From positions 530,231 to 594,230 of the forward strand of contig JAXLTX010000002.1 of the NCBI GenBank assembly GCA_046329775.1: DNA of 64,000 nt. Direction: 5' to 3'. Shown one piece after another: positions 35,381 to 45,938 of the stretch. The DNA is from Chitinophagales bacterium. Lineage in GTDB: Bacteria > Bacteroidota > Bacteroidia > Chitinophagales > JADIYW01. How positions within the stretch are numbered: position 1 is the stretch's first letter; the number at the start of each line of letters is the position of its first letter. Under the pieces are notes generated by a model. The model was not told the origin of the DNA. It saw only the letters and a list, made by a program, of their open reading frames with translations, and ran no database searches. Made by a program: the position numbers and the translations under genes.

Positions 35381-37240
35381 ATGAAGGAAACCAAATTCAT
35401 AGAACAAAATAGAAAAAAGTGGGCCGAGTTTGAAAACCTATCCAAAAGCAGGCACAAAGATTCCAATCTGTACAGCAAACTATACATACAGATAACGGAT
35501 GATTTGTCGTATGCCAGAACATTTTATTCCAATCGTTCGGTGCGTGTTTACCTGAATAATCTGGCTCAGGATATTTTTCACAAGATTTTCAGCCGCAACA
35601 GAAAGAAGCAGTCTCTGCTGAAGGATTTCTGGATGGAAGAACTGCCGTCCATCATGTACCATCATAGAACAGAACTGTTGATTTCATTTATAGTGCTGCT
35701 GGTTTCCATTGCGATGGGCATCCTCAGCTATCAACACGATCCTACCTTTGCAAAAAAAATGCTGGGCGAAGGCTATATGCAGATGACGGCGGAAAACATT
35801 GCAAAAAAAGATCCCATGGCGGTCTATAAACAGAGTGGCCCTATTGAAATGTTTATCAGGATTGCATTGAACAACCTGATGGTGGATATACGGACATTTT
35901 TCTCCGGACTGATTTTCTCCATCGGCTCGGTGCTGGTATTGCTGTACAATGGACTTATGCTGTCTGCCTTCCAGTATTACTTTATCAAGCGGGGTTTGTT
36001 CTGGGATTCATTTCTGGCAGTATGGCTGCACGGCACGCTTGAAATCTCAGCCATGGTGATTTGCGGTGCTGCCGGGCTGGTATTGGGCAAAGGCCTTGTT
36101 TTTCCGGGCACCTACAGCCGGACACAGGCCTTCTTCTCCTCCGCACAGCGCGCCACTAAAATTTTCTTTTCCGTATTGCCTATTACGTTCGTGGCCGCCA
36201 TCATAGAATCTTTTCTCACTCGCTATACACAGGCACCTGACCTCTTGCGCCTGACGCTGATTCTCGTTTCCCTCTTTTTCATCATAGGATATTATGTTTA
36301 TCTTCCCTGGTTGAAGCAACGCAACGGAACCCTGCGCATCCCTGAGGCGGAAAAAGTGCTGCCTGAACACTTCCCTCCTTTTGAATTCTATCAGATAAAA
36401 AAAGTATCTGACATCATTCTGGACAGCTTTCGCTTTTTCAGGAAATACTCCGGTAATTTCTTTGAAATCACTTTCCGAAGCACCGTCATCTTTACCATCA
36501 TCGGCTTAACGCTAAACAGAACCTATCTCTTGCAGGATATCTATTACACGGAATGGAGCTTTACAAACCTCGGTCATTTTTTTACAGCGAACGAAGGAAA
36601 TCGTTTCATGTTCCTGTTTCCATTATTATTTACGATCACAGCCCTGCAGGTTCAGCATCTTTTTTACAGAGAACAATGTTTGCTACAACGCATCAAATCC
36701 CCATCCTTCTTTGACTGGATAAAATCAAACCTGAGACGTACTGCATCGATCCTGATCATTCAAATCATATTTTATGCCATGACTTCATATCTTGGGCTTA
36801 ATTTCCTGACCATATCATTTTTACTGCCTGTACAATTCCTGAGCAGTTTTGTAATGATGTTTCCGTTTAAGTCTTCCACAAACCCGGTAACCACCTTTTT
36901 CAGGACACTGCAAAACGGCTTGGTCAACCTGCTGGCTGTGCATACCGTATTTGTGTTTTTATCCATGGCATTTTTCTTTTTAATCAGCACTTCTGTATAC
37001 TGGATGATCTACGAAGCAGTCTCCATGAACCTGAATAACGACATTGTGGACAGCGATTTCATCTTCCTGCTGTTCTTTTTGATAGCCATTTCATGTATCA
37101 TCACCTTGAGTTTCATATTCTTCTGTATTGCACAGGGTGTCTTCTATTTCACACAGAAAGAAAAACACACGGCTGAAGGATTAATCACTCAACTCGAACA
37201 TTTAGGAAATTCACCTCGACGAAATGTACTGCAGAAATAA
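35381..37240 (+). CDS. SpoIIM-like (DUF95) integral membrane protein with extended C-terminal membrane domain
   Basis: N-terminus FIEQNRKKWAEFENL... and a multi-TM core resemble Bacteroidota 'stage II sporulation protein M' homologues. At 619 aa it is about twice the usual length. Confidence 0.65.
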   Translation: MKETKFIEQNRKKWAEFENLSKSRHKDSNLYSKLYIQITDDLSYARTFYSNRSVRVYLNNLAQDIFHKIFSRNRKKQSLLKDFWMEELPSIMYHHRTELLISFIVLLVSIAMGILSYQHDPTFAKKMLGEGYMQMTAENIAKKDPMAVYKQSGPIEMFIRIALNNLMVDIRTFFSGLIFSIGSVLVLLYNGLMLSAFQYYFIKRGLFWDSFLAVWLHGTLEISAMVICGAAGLVLGKGLVFPGTYSRTQAFFSSAQRATKIFFSVLPITFVAAIIESFLTRYTQAPDLLRLTLILVSLFFIIGYYVYLPWLKQRNGTLRIPEAEKVLPEHFPPFEFYQIKKVSDIILDSFRFFRKYSGNFFEITFRSTVIFTIIGLTLNRTYLLQDIYYTEWSFTNLGHFFTANEGNRFMFLFPLLFTITALQVQHLFYREQCLLQRIKSPSFFDWIKSNLRRTASILIIQIIFYAMTSYLGLNFLTISFLLPVQFLSSFVMMFPFKSSTNPVTTFFRTLQNGLVNLLAVHTVFVFLSMAFFFLISTSVYWMIYEAVSMNLNNDIVDSDFIFLLFFLIAISCIITLSFIFFCIAQGVFYFTQKEKHTAEGLITQLEHLGNSPRRNVLQK

Positions 37241-37937
37241 GATCATCATATGGCTGTTCACTGCATGCTTATATTCTACAGGCATGGCACAATCCTCTGA
37301 CAGTGATTATCAGAAAGGTATACAGCAGCAGACTGACTACCTGCAGCGCCCGATTGCAGGAAAACCATTTGACAAGGAAACATGGAAGAAAGCTAAAGAG
37401 AAAGTAAGAATCAAGGAATATAAACAGGAAAAGAAGAAAGAGAAAAAGAAAACAGACACCTCCAATCTGAACATTTCTCCGGCGCTGGCACAAGCCATCA
37501 AGTGGAGCCTCTTTGCCATACTGATTGGCGCCCTGCTGTATCTGGTCATTCGCGTGCTCGGTATCAATCCGTTCAACAGGAAGGCAGACAGCAAGCAAAT
37601 AAACATATCACTGGAAGAACTGGAAGAGAACCTGGATACGGCAGCCATTGACCCTCATCTGTATGCAGCCATCAAGGACAAAGATTTCAAACTGGCCATC
37701 CGTCTGTACTACCTGATGATTATTCAGAAACTGGCGATGAAAGATAAGATTGTCTGGAAAAAACACAAGACCAACAAACACTATCTCCAGGAAATGAGAA
37801 CAAAAGCAGGATATCCGGTATTCAGGTCGCTGACACATACATACGAACGTTGCTGGTTCGGCGATATGGAAATCGATGAAACGGCTTATGACCGTATACA
37901 ACCGGATTTTGTCAACTTCTTACAAAATATAAAGTAA
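37224..37937 (+). CDS. DUF4129 domain protein
   Basis: Signal/TM segment, a K/E-rich linker, and the C-terminal pattern ...AIRLYYLMIIQKL...TNKHYLQEM...LTHTYERCWFG. It overlaps the upstream stop by 17 nt. Confidence 0.6.
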   Translation: MYCRNKIIIWLFTACLYSTGMAQSSDSDYQKGIQQQTDYLQRPIAGKPFDKETWKKAKEKVRIKEYKQEKKKEKKKTDTSNLNISPALAQAIKWSLFAILIGALLYLVIRVLGINPFNRKADSKQINISLEELEENLDTAAIDPHLYAAIKDKDFKLAIRLYYLMIIQKLAMKDKIVWKKHKTNKHYLQEMRTKAGYPVFRSLTHTYERCWFGDMEIDETAYDRIQPDFVNFLQNIK

Positions 37938-37938
37938 C

Positions 37939-39294
37939 TTGAACAAGGAACGAAGCAAATATTTACTTATTGCGCTGACGATCATCATCGTTGCTGCAGG
38001 GTATTATCTGCTGATGGACTCTATGAGTGAATGGAATTTCAATCTGGATAATTCAAAGAAGAATGCATACGGAACCTATATCACCTACGAACTTTTGAAA
38101 GAAAGGTACGCCCCAAAAGGGTTCAGGGAGATTGACAATTCTATTTTGGAAAGTTTTCGAAAACTGAAGAAGAACCGCACCTACAATTATATCTTCATCA
38201 ACAATACTCCTTATTACGACTCTGCTACGGTCGACACTCTCTGCCGTTTTACAGAAGCGGGCAACACGGCATTTATCTGCTGTGAGAATCTGCAAGGGCG
38301 TTTCTTAGATTCCATACTCCGAAAAACCTATCACCTTACCATCACAACGGGATACAACACCCTTTATTACAACCTATTTAATATCGACAGTCTGAAAAAC
38401 AAAAACAAGGACAGCATCATTGGGGATAAACGATACAGCACCTTCAATCTCATTCATCCATCCCTTAAATCTGCCAGCGGTTACAACTACTACCTGAAAT
38501 ACAAGGCTGACACCATCAATAATTATTTCTACCGTTTTGAAGCCGTTCCCGATTCCGAGTGGACGCAGCCAATACCATCCGCCAATGCCATTTCATTTGC
38601 AGGCAGTGAACGCTCCTACGGGACCGGACTAAACTTCGCCATTCTGAAACACGGCAAGGGGCAATTCATACTGTTGATGTCTGCCGTTCCGTTTACCAAC
38701 TATTTTATGCGAACAGCGCAAGGACTGGAATATGCGGATAAAATCTTTGCACATCTACCTGAACAGACGACACTCTGGGACAACGTTTCTCATATGAAGA
38801 CTGATGAAAATGATGACATGGATATGGATCACGGCAACAGCAAATTCGGTGACAGTCCTCTCTACTTCATCATCGAAAATAGGGCGTTGCGCTGGGCCTG
38901 GTACCTCAGTATCCTCGGGGTGGCGATCTATGCACTCTTTCACGCCAAACGCCGTCAAAACATCATACCAATCATAGAATCTAAAGAAAATACTTCGCTT
39001 AAATATGTGGAAACCATCGGACAATTGTATTTTCATGATGAGGAGCATATTGAGATTGCCAATGAGATGCGTTTGCAATTCTTAAATTTCATTCGCCAGA
39101 AATACTATATTAAGACAAATGAGATCGATGAGGTATTTTTCAAACAATTATCCCTGAAATCCGATATTGAGGAAGAAAAGATCAAAGCAATATTTGAGGA
39201 ATTCGTTGATATCCTGAAAGTGAAAAGCATCCATCAGCAGAAATTGCATTCCTTGAACAAACAATTAGAGTATTTTTATAAAAACTGTAAATAA
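37939..39294 (+). CDS. DUF4350-like membrane-anchored protein
   Basis: TTG start 1 nt after the upstream stop, with an N-terminal TM helix. Its position between DUF4129 and MoxR matches the conserved neighbourhood. The family call is from context and memory. Confidence 0.5.
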   Translation: MNKERSKYLLIALTIIIVAAGYYLLMDSMSEWNFNLDNSKKNAYGTYITYELLKERYAPKGFREIDNSILESFRKLKKNRTYNYIFINNTPYYDSATVDTLCRFTEAGNTAFICCENLQGRFLDSILRKTYHLTITTGYNTLYYNLFNIDSLKNKNKDSIIGDKRYSTFNLIHPSLKSASGYNYYLKYKADTINNYFYRFEAVPDSEWTQPIPSANAISFAGSERSYGTGLNFAILKHGKGQFILLMSAVPFTNYFMRTAQGLEYADKIFAHLPEQTTLWDNVSHMKTDENDDMDMDHGNSKFGDSPLYFIIENRALRWAWYLSILGVAIYALFHAKRRQNIIPIIESKENTSLKYVETIGQLYFHDEEHIEIANEMRLQFLNFIRQKYYIKTNEIDEVFFKQLSLKSDIEEEKIKAIFEEFVDILKVKSIHQQKLHSLNKQLEYFYKNCK

Positions 39295-39299
39295 ACCAT

Positions 39300-40295
39300 A
39301 TGGAAGAAATGAACGAACAGACAGCGGTGACTCCCCTCATCAATCCAGACATTGAATTTGTCACCAATGCAGCAGAGAAAATAAAGAATGAAATCGCCAA
39401 GGTGATTGTAGGCCAGGATAGTGCCATCGAACTGATGCTATCCGCCTTATTTATCGGGGGACATATCCTGCTGGAAGGTGTTCCCGGTATTGCCAAGACA
39501 CTGACGGCAAAGATGCTTGCAAAAACCATCTCCGTAGATTTTTCGCGCATACAATTCACCCCGGACCTGATGCCGACCGATATTGTTGGAACCTCCGTCT
39601 TCAACCTCAAGGAATCCGAATTCAGATTCCGTCCGGGTCCTGTGTTTTCCAATATCGTACTGATTGATGAAATCAACCGTTCACCGGCCAAAACACAAGC
39701 CGCACTTTTTGAACTGATGGAAGAACGTCAGGTTTCCGTGGATGGCACCACGTATCCCATGGAATATCCGTTTATGGTGCTTGCCACGCAAAATCCAATC
39801 GAGCAGGAAGGCACCTACCGTTTACCGGAAGCACAGCTGGACCGTTTCATCTTTAAGATTGTCATGGAATACCCGAATTTCGAAGAGGAAAAATTAATCC
39901 TGCATCGTTTCAACAATGACTTCTCTTCCAAAATAACCCGTGAAGTTCACGCCGTCGTAAATGCCGCCGATATCAGACGTTGCAGCGAGATTGTAGAGAA
40001 AATTTTCATCAAGGATGAAATCATCCATTACATAGCCCATATCGTGCATGAAACCCGCAACCACGGAGATCTTTTCTTGGGAGCATCACCAAGAGCATCC
40101 CTTTCGTTACTAAAAGCCAGCAAGGCGATGGCTGCCATTTCCGGAAGAGAATTTGTAACACCGGATGATGTGCGTGCCGTATCGGATGCTGTTCTGAATC
40201 ACAGGGTCATCCCATCTCCTGAAAAAGAAATGGAAGGCATCACGGCACAGGACATCATCAGGCAAATCATCCAAAAAATAGAAGTTCCGAGATGA
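39300..40295 (+). CDS. MoxR-family AAA+ ATPase
   Basis: Walker A GVPGIAKT, Walker B LIDEINR, ATQNPIEQEGTYRLPEAQLDRF. Confidence 0.9.
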   Translation: MEEMNEQTAVTPLINPDIEFVTNAAEKIKNEIAKVIVGQDSAIELMLSALFIGGHILLEGVPGIAKTLTAKMLAKTISVDFSRIQFTPDLMPTDIVGTSVFNLKESEFRFRPGPVFSNIVLIDEINRSPAKTQAALFELMEERQVSVDGTTYPMEYPFMVLATQNPIEQEGTYRLPEAQLDRFIFKIVMEYPNFEEEKLILHRFNNDFSSKITREVHAVVNAADIRRCSEIVEKIFIKDEIIHYIAHIVHETRNHGDLFLGASPRASLSLLKASKAMAAISGREFVTPDDVRAVSDAVLNHRVIPSPEKEMEGITAQDIIRQIIQKIEVPR

Positions 40296-40342
40296 TCTGC
40301 ATTTAACAATTCATGAAAGCAATGAATGTTGCCGGATAAACA

Positions 40343-41698
40343 ATGACTAAACTAAAATACACATACGAACGATTCATCAAGCATACGTTTCTAACGAAAC
40401 GATTTTTCTATGCATGGGGTGTAGCCGTGTTGCTGTTCATATTGAGTTTCAGCCTTGAATTCCTGTTCCCTTTGGGGAAATTGTTGCTGATTCTTCTGGG
40501 TGCCTTCACGCTGCTGGATTTCATGCTGGTTAAGCTGTTTGACGGCAAGATAGAATGCCGGAGACAGACGCCGCATGTATTGCCCTTGGGGGATGAACAA
40601 CATATATCATTGCACATCAAGAACAACCAGAACAGTATCGTGCACATCGAAGTGGTGGACGAGCTGCCGGAAGAATTCCAGAAACGAGACTTCTCCTTTA
40701 AATTCAGCCTCTCGGGGGGCGAAGAGAAACCCCTCTCCTACAATGTTCGTCCGCTGACACGCGGCCCGTATACATTCGGCAACTGCAACATTTTCGTTTC
40801 CACCTTATTGGGATTGATCCAACATAAGATGGTGTTTCCGCTTCAAGTAACGACACCGGTATTCCCGTCTTCCATTCAGGTAAAAAAACACGAATTGCTT
40901 TTATTCAACAAGCTCCATTCTTTTCAGGGAGTAAAAAAGATGCGCCGCATAGGACACAGCTATGAATTCGAACAGATAAAAAACTATAGCATCGGTGACG
41001 ACATCCGTACCATCAACTGGAAAGCCACAGGCAGAAGAAATCAACTGATGGTCAATCAGTTTGGAGACGAGAAATCACAGCAGATCTATTCCATTCTCGA
41101 CAAAAGCCGCGCCATGAACATGCCGTTCAACGGCCTGAGTTTACTGGATTATGCAATCAACACCACCCTGGTCATTTCCAATACCGCCATACACAAAGAT
41201 GATAAAGCCGGGGTGCTGACTTTCAATGAAAAGATGGGCAGTTTTGTGAAGGCAAACAAGAAACCCGGGCAGCTCAAACTGATTTCGGAAGTGTTGTACA
41301 GAGAAGAAGAAAGCAGTCTCGAAGCCAATTATGAGCTATTGTACAATGCAGTCACCCGTTTAATCAAGCAACGTAGCCTGGTGATATTGTATACCAATTT
41401 CGAAAGCTACTACACACTGGAACGCTACTTGCCTGTACTGCGAAAAATAAACCGTTCCCACCTCCTGCTGGTCGTGGTATTCAAGAATACTGAAATAGAA
41501 TCCTATAGTTACGAAACGGCATCAGACACCCTTGACATCTACCATAAAACCATCGGAAAAAAATTCCTGTCAGAAAAAGAGATGATGGTGAAAGAATTGG
41601 CCAAGTACGGCATACAATCCGTTTTAACCGCTCCGGAGGATTTATCCACCCAAACCATCAACAAATATTTAGAGTTCAAGGCGAAGGGGTGGATTTAG
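40343..41698 (+). CDS. DUF58 domain protein (MoxR partner)
   Basis: Two N-terminal TM helices. The DUF58 signature DDIRTINWKATGRRNQLMVNQF is present. Confidence 0.8.
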   Translation: MTKLKYTYERFIKHTFLTKRFFYAWGVAVLLFILSFSLEFLFPLGKLLLILLGAFTLLDFMLVKLFDGKIECRRQTPHVLPLGDEQHISLHIKNNQNSIVHIEVVDELPEEFQKRDFSFKFSLSGGEEKPLSYNVRPLTRGPYTFGNCNIFVSTLLGLIQHKMVFPLQVTTPVFPSSIQVKKHELLLFNKLHSFQGVKKMRRIGHSYEFEQIKNYSIGDDIRTINWKATGRRNQLMVNQFGDEKSQQIYSILDKSRAMNMPFNGLSLLDYAINTTLVISNTAIHKDDKAGVLTFNEKMGSFVKANKKPGQLKLISEVLYREEESSLEANYELLYNAVTRLIKQRSLVILYTNFESYYTLERYLPVLRKINRSHLLLVVVFKNTEIESYSYETASDTLDIYHKTIGKKFLSEKEMMVKELAKYGIQSVLTAPEDLSTQTINKYLEFKAKGWI

Positions 41699-41763
41699 AC
41701 AGCCTGAATCAGGTTGGGTGGCTTTCCGATTACAGTGTCTGTGTGCGGTAGCTTCAAAAACAC

Positions 41764-42306
41764 CTACCGCACTTTTACCACAATCACCTTGCACATCTTA
41801 TCCGCAAGTGTCTGTTTTTTTTCATTCGATACCAGCAACGGATATCCGAAAAAAAGCAACACGGAAAGCAGCAGATGCTTCAGTGCATCCGTAAAACTGA
41901 TATCTCGTTGCTGTTCGGTCAGAAATCGAATATTCATGATCTGCATGCCGGGTGTGGCGTTGCTTTCACTGCCGGCAAAATAAAACCGGTATACCAAAAA
42001 CGCAATCAACAACTTCCACCACACCATTTCCATGAATCTTGAATAGTCGGATGCCGGTTTCAGCAGATAAAAAATGCCATACGAAGTGGCTATAAAAATC
42101 AGCACATCTGCAAGTACGGATGCCGTGCGCGGCAACAGGGACGCATATTCCACCTTCCTGGTTTCATAAGTCTTTCCATCTAAAACATCATCCATATCCG
42201 CTTCAATATAACCATTTCCGTAACAAAATTTACGATTAAAAAATTGATTTTTGACGTAAGTATTCGGATATTTGGAAAAAACTGTCTCTTGAAAAAGTCT
42301 CTTCAA
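41764..42306 (-). CDS. RDD family membrane protein
   Basis: ATPGMQIMNIRF and QTLADKMCKVIVV motifs with three TM helices. Confidence 0.65.
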   Translation of the reverse strand: MKRLFQETVFSKYPNTYVKNQFFNRKFCYGNGYIEADMDDVLDGKTYETRKVEYASLLPRTASVLADVLIFIATSYGIFYLLKPASDYSRFMEMVWWKLLIAFLVYRFYFAGSESNATPGMQIMNIRFLTEQQRDISFTDALKHLLLSVLLFFGYPLLVSNEKKQTLADKMCKVIVVKVR

Positions 42307-42315
42307 AAAATTGCG

Positions 42316-43047
42316 ATGACCCTTTGTGTGCTTTTCTGCTGCACCGCTTGTTTTGATATTCAGGAAAATCTTTTTTTAAAAAAAGATGGTTCTGGCACTT
42401 TCTCTTTTGTGGTGGATATGAGCCAGATGAAATCCATGATGGCCATGTTTGATGATGCAGGAAAAGCATTTTCAGGTAAGGAAGACAGTCAGGACAAAAA
42501 GAATAAGAGCAAGAAAAAATCCGCTAATGACAAACTCAGCTCCACCTTCGAGATAACGAGACGCAAACTGATTAACACGGAAGGAATCTCCAATGTAAAG
42601 ATTATAGACGACACCACCTCTTATACTTTTGGCATCCGTTTCGACTTTAAAAATATCGCGGTACTCAACGAAGGCATGAATAAATTGTTTGACGATGATA
42701 CCGCTTCTGACAAGAAACCGATCACCTATTTCGAGTTTAAAGACAACCAGCTGACCAGACTGGAAGCCTTGGATTCTAAATCCATATTGGGCAAATCCTC
42801 CAGCCTGACAGATAATGCCAATGAAGGAAACAGCGAAAATCCTCTATTCAAGATTGACCAGCTGTTCGGAACAGTATCCTATTCCACCAATTACGAATTC
42901 GAAAACAAGATAGCTTCCACCAAAAATGAAAGTTCCCTGTTATCCTCCAACATGCAGAAGGTGACATTGAAAGTCTTTCCGTTCGCATCAGCGAAAGACA
43001 GCACAAAAAGCAAAACAAGCATTGGTAACACGATTACCTTCAAATAA
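42316..43047 (+). CDS. Hypothetical lipoprotein
   Basis: The start was chosen at MTLCVLFCCTAC (lipobox). No recognised domain. Confidence 0.55.
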   Translation: MTLCVLFCCTACFDIQENLFLKKDGSGTFSFVVDMSQMKSMMAMFDDAGKAFSGKEDSQDKKNKSKKKSANDKLSSTFEITRRKLINTEGISNVKIIDDTTSYTFGIRFDFKNIAVLNEGMNKLFDDDTASDKKPITYFEFKDNQLTRLEALDSKSILGKSSSLTDNANEGNSENPLFKIDQLFGTVSYSTNYEFENKIASTKNESSLLSSNMQKVTLKVFPFASAKDSTKSKTSIGNTITFK

Positions 43048-43073
43048 GAGAATAAGCGCAGGTACAGTTGATA

Positions 43074-43081
43074 TAACTTTG
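43074..43081 (+). promoter_or_regulatory. Candidate -7 box (TAnnTTTG)
   Basis: TAACTTTG lies 8 nt upstream of the ATG at 43090. Confidence 0.35.
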
Positions 43082-43089
43082 TAAGAAAC

Positions 43090-44934
43090 ATGAACACCAC
43101 ACGTAACTGGATATTGCTCACCGTTTTCACCATCCTTTCCTTTCTTGCGGTAAAATGGCTGGCTGCCTATCAGGAACGCAAGAACACCATTACCGAACCC
43201 AGTGTCAACATCGATATCTCTGAGATAAAGGCACGCGGTACTTTGCGCGTCATTCTGGAGTACAACTCCATCAGCTACTTCATCTACAAAGGCCAGCGCT
43301 TAGGTTTTGAATTTGAGCTGATGCAACAGTTCGCCAAAGCCATCGGCGTGAAACTGGAAGTCGTGCTGGCGCGTTCCTCAGAAGACCAGTTCAACATGCT
43401 CAACGAAGGCAAAGGTGACATCATAGCCAATGGCTTTTTTGAAAACAGCAAGATAAGACAACAGGCCGCACTCACTCAAGCTTACAGGAGTGTTGGACAA
43501 GTCATTGTGCAACGCAAATCCGGTGTGAGTGTAAACCCTATGGACAGCATACAAAAAAACGATACGCTGCTGCAATCGGTGCAGGAACTCGCCAACAAGA
43601 TTGTCTACGTACCCGACAATTCCATCTATTACACTCGCCTTAAAGAACTCTCCGACTCCAGCGGCATCAACATGGATGTGCGAATCCTGCCGGACGAGCG
43701 CGGCACAGATGATATCATCGAAGCCATCGCCAATGGTGAAATCGACTATACCATTGCAAATAAAGACATCGCATTGGTCAACAAATCCTATTTTGAAAAC
43801 CTTGATGTTAACGTACCTGTGGGCAATCCGCAGCCACTGCATTGGGCCGTGCGCAAGAACTCTCCGGAACTGCTGGAATCTGTCAATTACTGGATAAGAA
43901 ACTTTGAAAATCAAAAACTGTACGGGGCATTGTATGCCAAATATTTCAATGAAGACAAAAACATCGCTTTCGGCTATGACGAGCAGGCAGAATTACAGCA
44001 AGGGATGATTTCACACTATGATGAAATCATTCAGCGTTATGCGAAAGGCATCAACTGGGACTGGCGACTGGTGGCAGCCATCATCTATCAGGAATCTAAA
44101 TTCAATCCAAACGCAACTTCCTGGTGTGGTGCGCAGGGATTAATGCAGCTGATGCCAGGTACGGCGAGGGATATGGGCGTATACCGAAGCGAAGTCTACA
44201 ATCCGGACAGGAACATTAAAGGTGGCACCAGCTACTTGAAACAATTGGAGAAAACCTGGGCGCATATTTCCGATTACACGCAGCGCATCAAATTCATTCT
44301 GGCCTCTTACAATGCAGGTCCCGGCCACGTTTCCGATGCGGCAAGGCTGGCTGAAAAAAACGGCTATCCTGCAGACAAATGGGATGGGTCCGTGGAATAT
44401 TTCATGCTGTATAAATCCAGTCCGCGATTCTATAATGATCCGGTGGTAAAATACGGTTATTGCCGAGGGCAGGAACCCTTCAATTACGTACGCAACATCG
44501 TGAAAAAATATTTTGATTACGAAGCCAAGATCAACCTGAACTCAGCTACCCAAACACCGACCGCCATGCGTCTGGAGCAGGTGGAAACGGTGGCTTTCGA
44601 CGGACTGGAAGGTGTGTATAATCCGACACAGGGCTTGATTGCCCGATCGGCCCGTCGTGAGTTGTTTTTATCGCATAAGTTGTTCAACGAAGAGACGCAA
44701 CTGATTCCGAAAAACGGTGGTAGAAATCCATTTGACAAACCGAAGAAAGAATTGTTTGTACGCACCGAATCTGCCATGATACAGGATTCTACCAAGCAAT
44801 TGTTTCAGCGCAAGCAGCAGTTATTTCAGACACAACAGCAGATACAGCAGGTGCAGCAGGTACGCAAAACACCGAGTGGCCTGCAGCCCAACGATGAAAG
44901 CAAAATCAATAAGCTGGTGCCGAGAAGGAGGTAA
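43090..44934 (+). CDS. MltF-like lytic transglycosylase (solute-binding domain plus SLT domain)
   Basis: The N-terminal SBP_bac_3-like domain is followed by the SLT catalytic motif IIYQESKFNPNATSWCGAQGLMQLMPGTA. The tail is Gln-rich. Confidence 0.85.
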   Translation: MNTTRNWILLTVFTILSFLAVKWLAAYQERKNTITEPSVNIDISEIKARGTLRVILEYNSISYFIYKGQRLGFEFELMQQFAKAIGVKLEVVLARSSEDQFNMLNEGKGDIIANGFFENSKIRQQAALTQAYRSVGQVIVQRKSGVSVNPMDSIQKNDTLLQSVQELANKIVYVPDNSIYYTRLKELSDSSGINMDVRILPDERGTDDIIEAIANGEIDYTIANKDIALVNKSYFENLDVNVPVGNPQPLHWAVRKNSPELLESVNYWIRNFENQKLYGALYAKYFNEDKNIAFGYDEQAELQQGMISHYDEIIQRYAKGINWDWRLVAAIIYQESKFNPNATSWCGAQGLMQLMPGTARDMGVYRSEVYNPDRNIKGGTSYLKQLEKTWAHISDYTQRIKFILASYNAGPGHVSDAARLAEKNGYPADKWDGSVEYFMLYKSSPRFYNDPVVKYGYCRGQEPFNYVRNIVKKYFDYEAKINLNSATQTPTAMRLEQVETVAFDGLEGVYNPTQGLIARSARRELFLSHKLFNEETQLIPKNGGRNPFDKPKKELFVRTESAMIQDSTKQLFQRKQQLFQTQQQIQQVQQVRKTPSGLQPNDESKINKLVPRRR

Positions 44935-44963
44935 GGGATAAACTCCCAACCCCTATTGCATGC

Positions 44964-44995
44964 TTTCTGATTTCTGATTTCTGATTTCTGATTTC
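44964..44995. repeat. Heptamer tandem repeat (TTTCTGA) x4 plus a partial unit
   Basis: TTTCTGA TTTCTGA TTTCTGA TTTCTGA TTTC lies 30 nt after the mltF-like stop. Confidence 0.9.
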
Positions 44996-45229
44996 CTATT
45001 TTGCAAAACATGCTTTAAACCTGTTGACACACGAATATCTTAAATTTATTGACCACAATCCTTCGATGACATAGTAACACCAAACGAAGTTCTCTCCTTA
45101 TCTTTTAATACAAGGCTAGGTTAATGATGCAGCTCAAAGAAAAGCAGCGTTAAATTATATTTCTCCATCCTATCCATAAAAACAAATCCACACATTTATT
45201 GTTGTTGTACTAAGAATTTTTACAGCAAC

Positions 45230-45928
45230 ATGCAAGAGTATTTAATCATCGGCGGCTCCAACGGAATCGGAAAGGCTTTAGCTACCCAATTAGCTAAAGA
45301 AGGCAAACAGGTAACAGCCACCTTCAATAAAAATGAACCACAAGAGGAAGATACCAATATCCGTTATCATCACTTAAATGTATTAGACGAAACGCTTTCT
45401 CTGGATTTTATTCCGGAAACATTAACAGGCATTGTGTATTGTCCGGGCAGCATCCACCTCAGGCCGTTTGAACGGATCAAACCCGCAGATTTTGAGAGTG
45501 ATTATCAACTACAGGTAATCGGTGCCGTCAAAATCATGCAGGCGGTTTTACCCAGATTAAAGAAAGCAGGAAACGCGTCTATCGTATTATTTTCCACGGT
45601 TGCCGTACAAAGCGGTTTTCCTTTTCATGCGCAGGTCGCCGCCTCTAAAGGTGCTATCGAAGGTCTTACCAAAGCTCTGGCGGCTGAGTATGCTCCCAAA
45701 ATCAGAGTCAACTGCATTGCACCCTCCCTTACCGATACACCACTGGCAGCAATGCTGTTAAATAACGAACAAAAAAAAGAAGCCAATGCGCAGCGCCACC
45801 CGATGAAAAGAGTGGGCTGTGCGGAAGACATAGCAGCGATGGCAGCCTTCCTGCTCTCCGAAAAAGCAAGCTGGATTACCGGTCAGATTTTTCAGGTAGA
45901 CGGAGGTATTTCTTCGCTTAAGAGCTAA
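45230..45928 (+). CDS. SDR-family oxidoreductase (atypical active site)
   Basis: Rossmann motif IIGGSNGIGKA. In the expected YxxxK region the sequence reads QVAASK, with Val in place of Tyr. Confidence 0.85.
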   Translation: MQEYLIIGGSNGIGKALATQLAKEGKQVTATFNKNEPQEEDTNIRYHHLNVLDETLSLDFIPETLTGIVYCPGSIHLRPFERIKPADFESDYQLQVIGAVKIMQAVLPRLKKAGNASIVLFSTVAVQSGFPFHAQVAASKGAIEGLTKALAAEYAPKIRVNCIAPSLTDTPLAAMLLNNEQKKEANAQRHPMKRVGCAEDIAAMAAFLLSEKASWITGQIFQVDGGISSLKS

Positions 45929-45938
45929 ATCTTGATGA

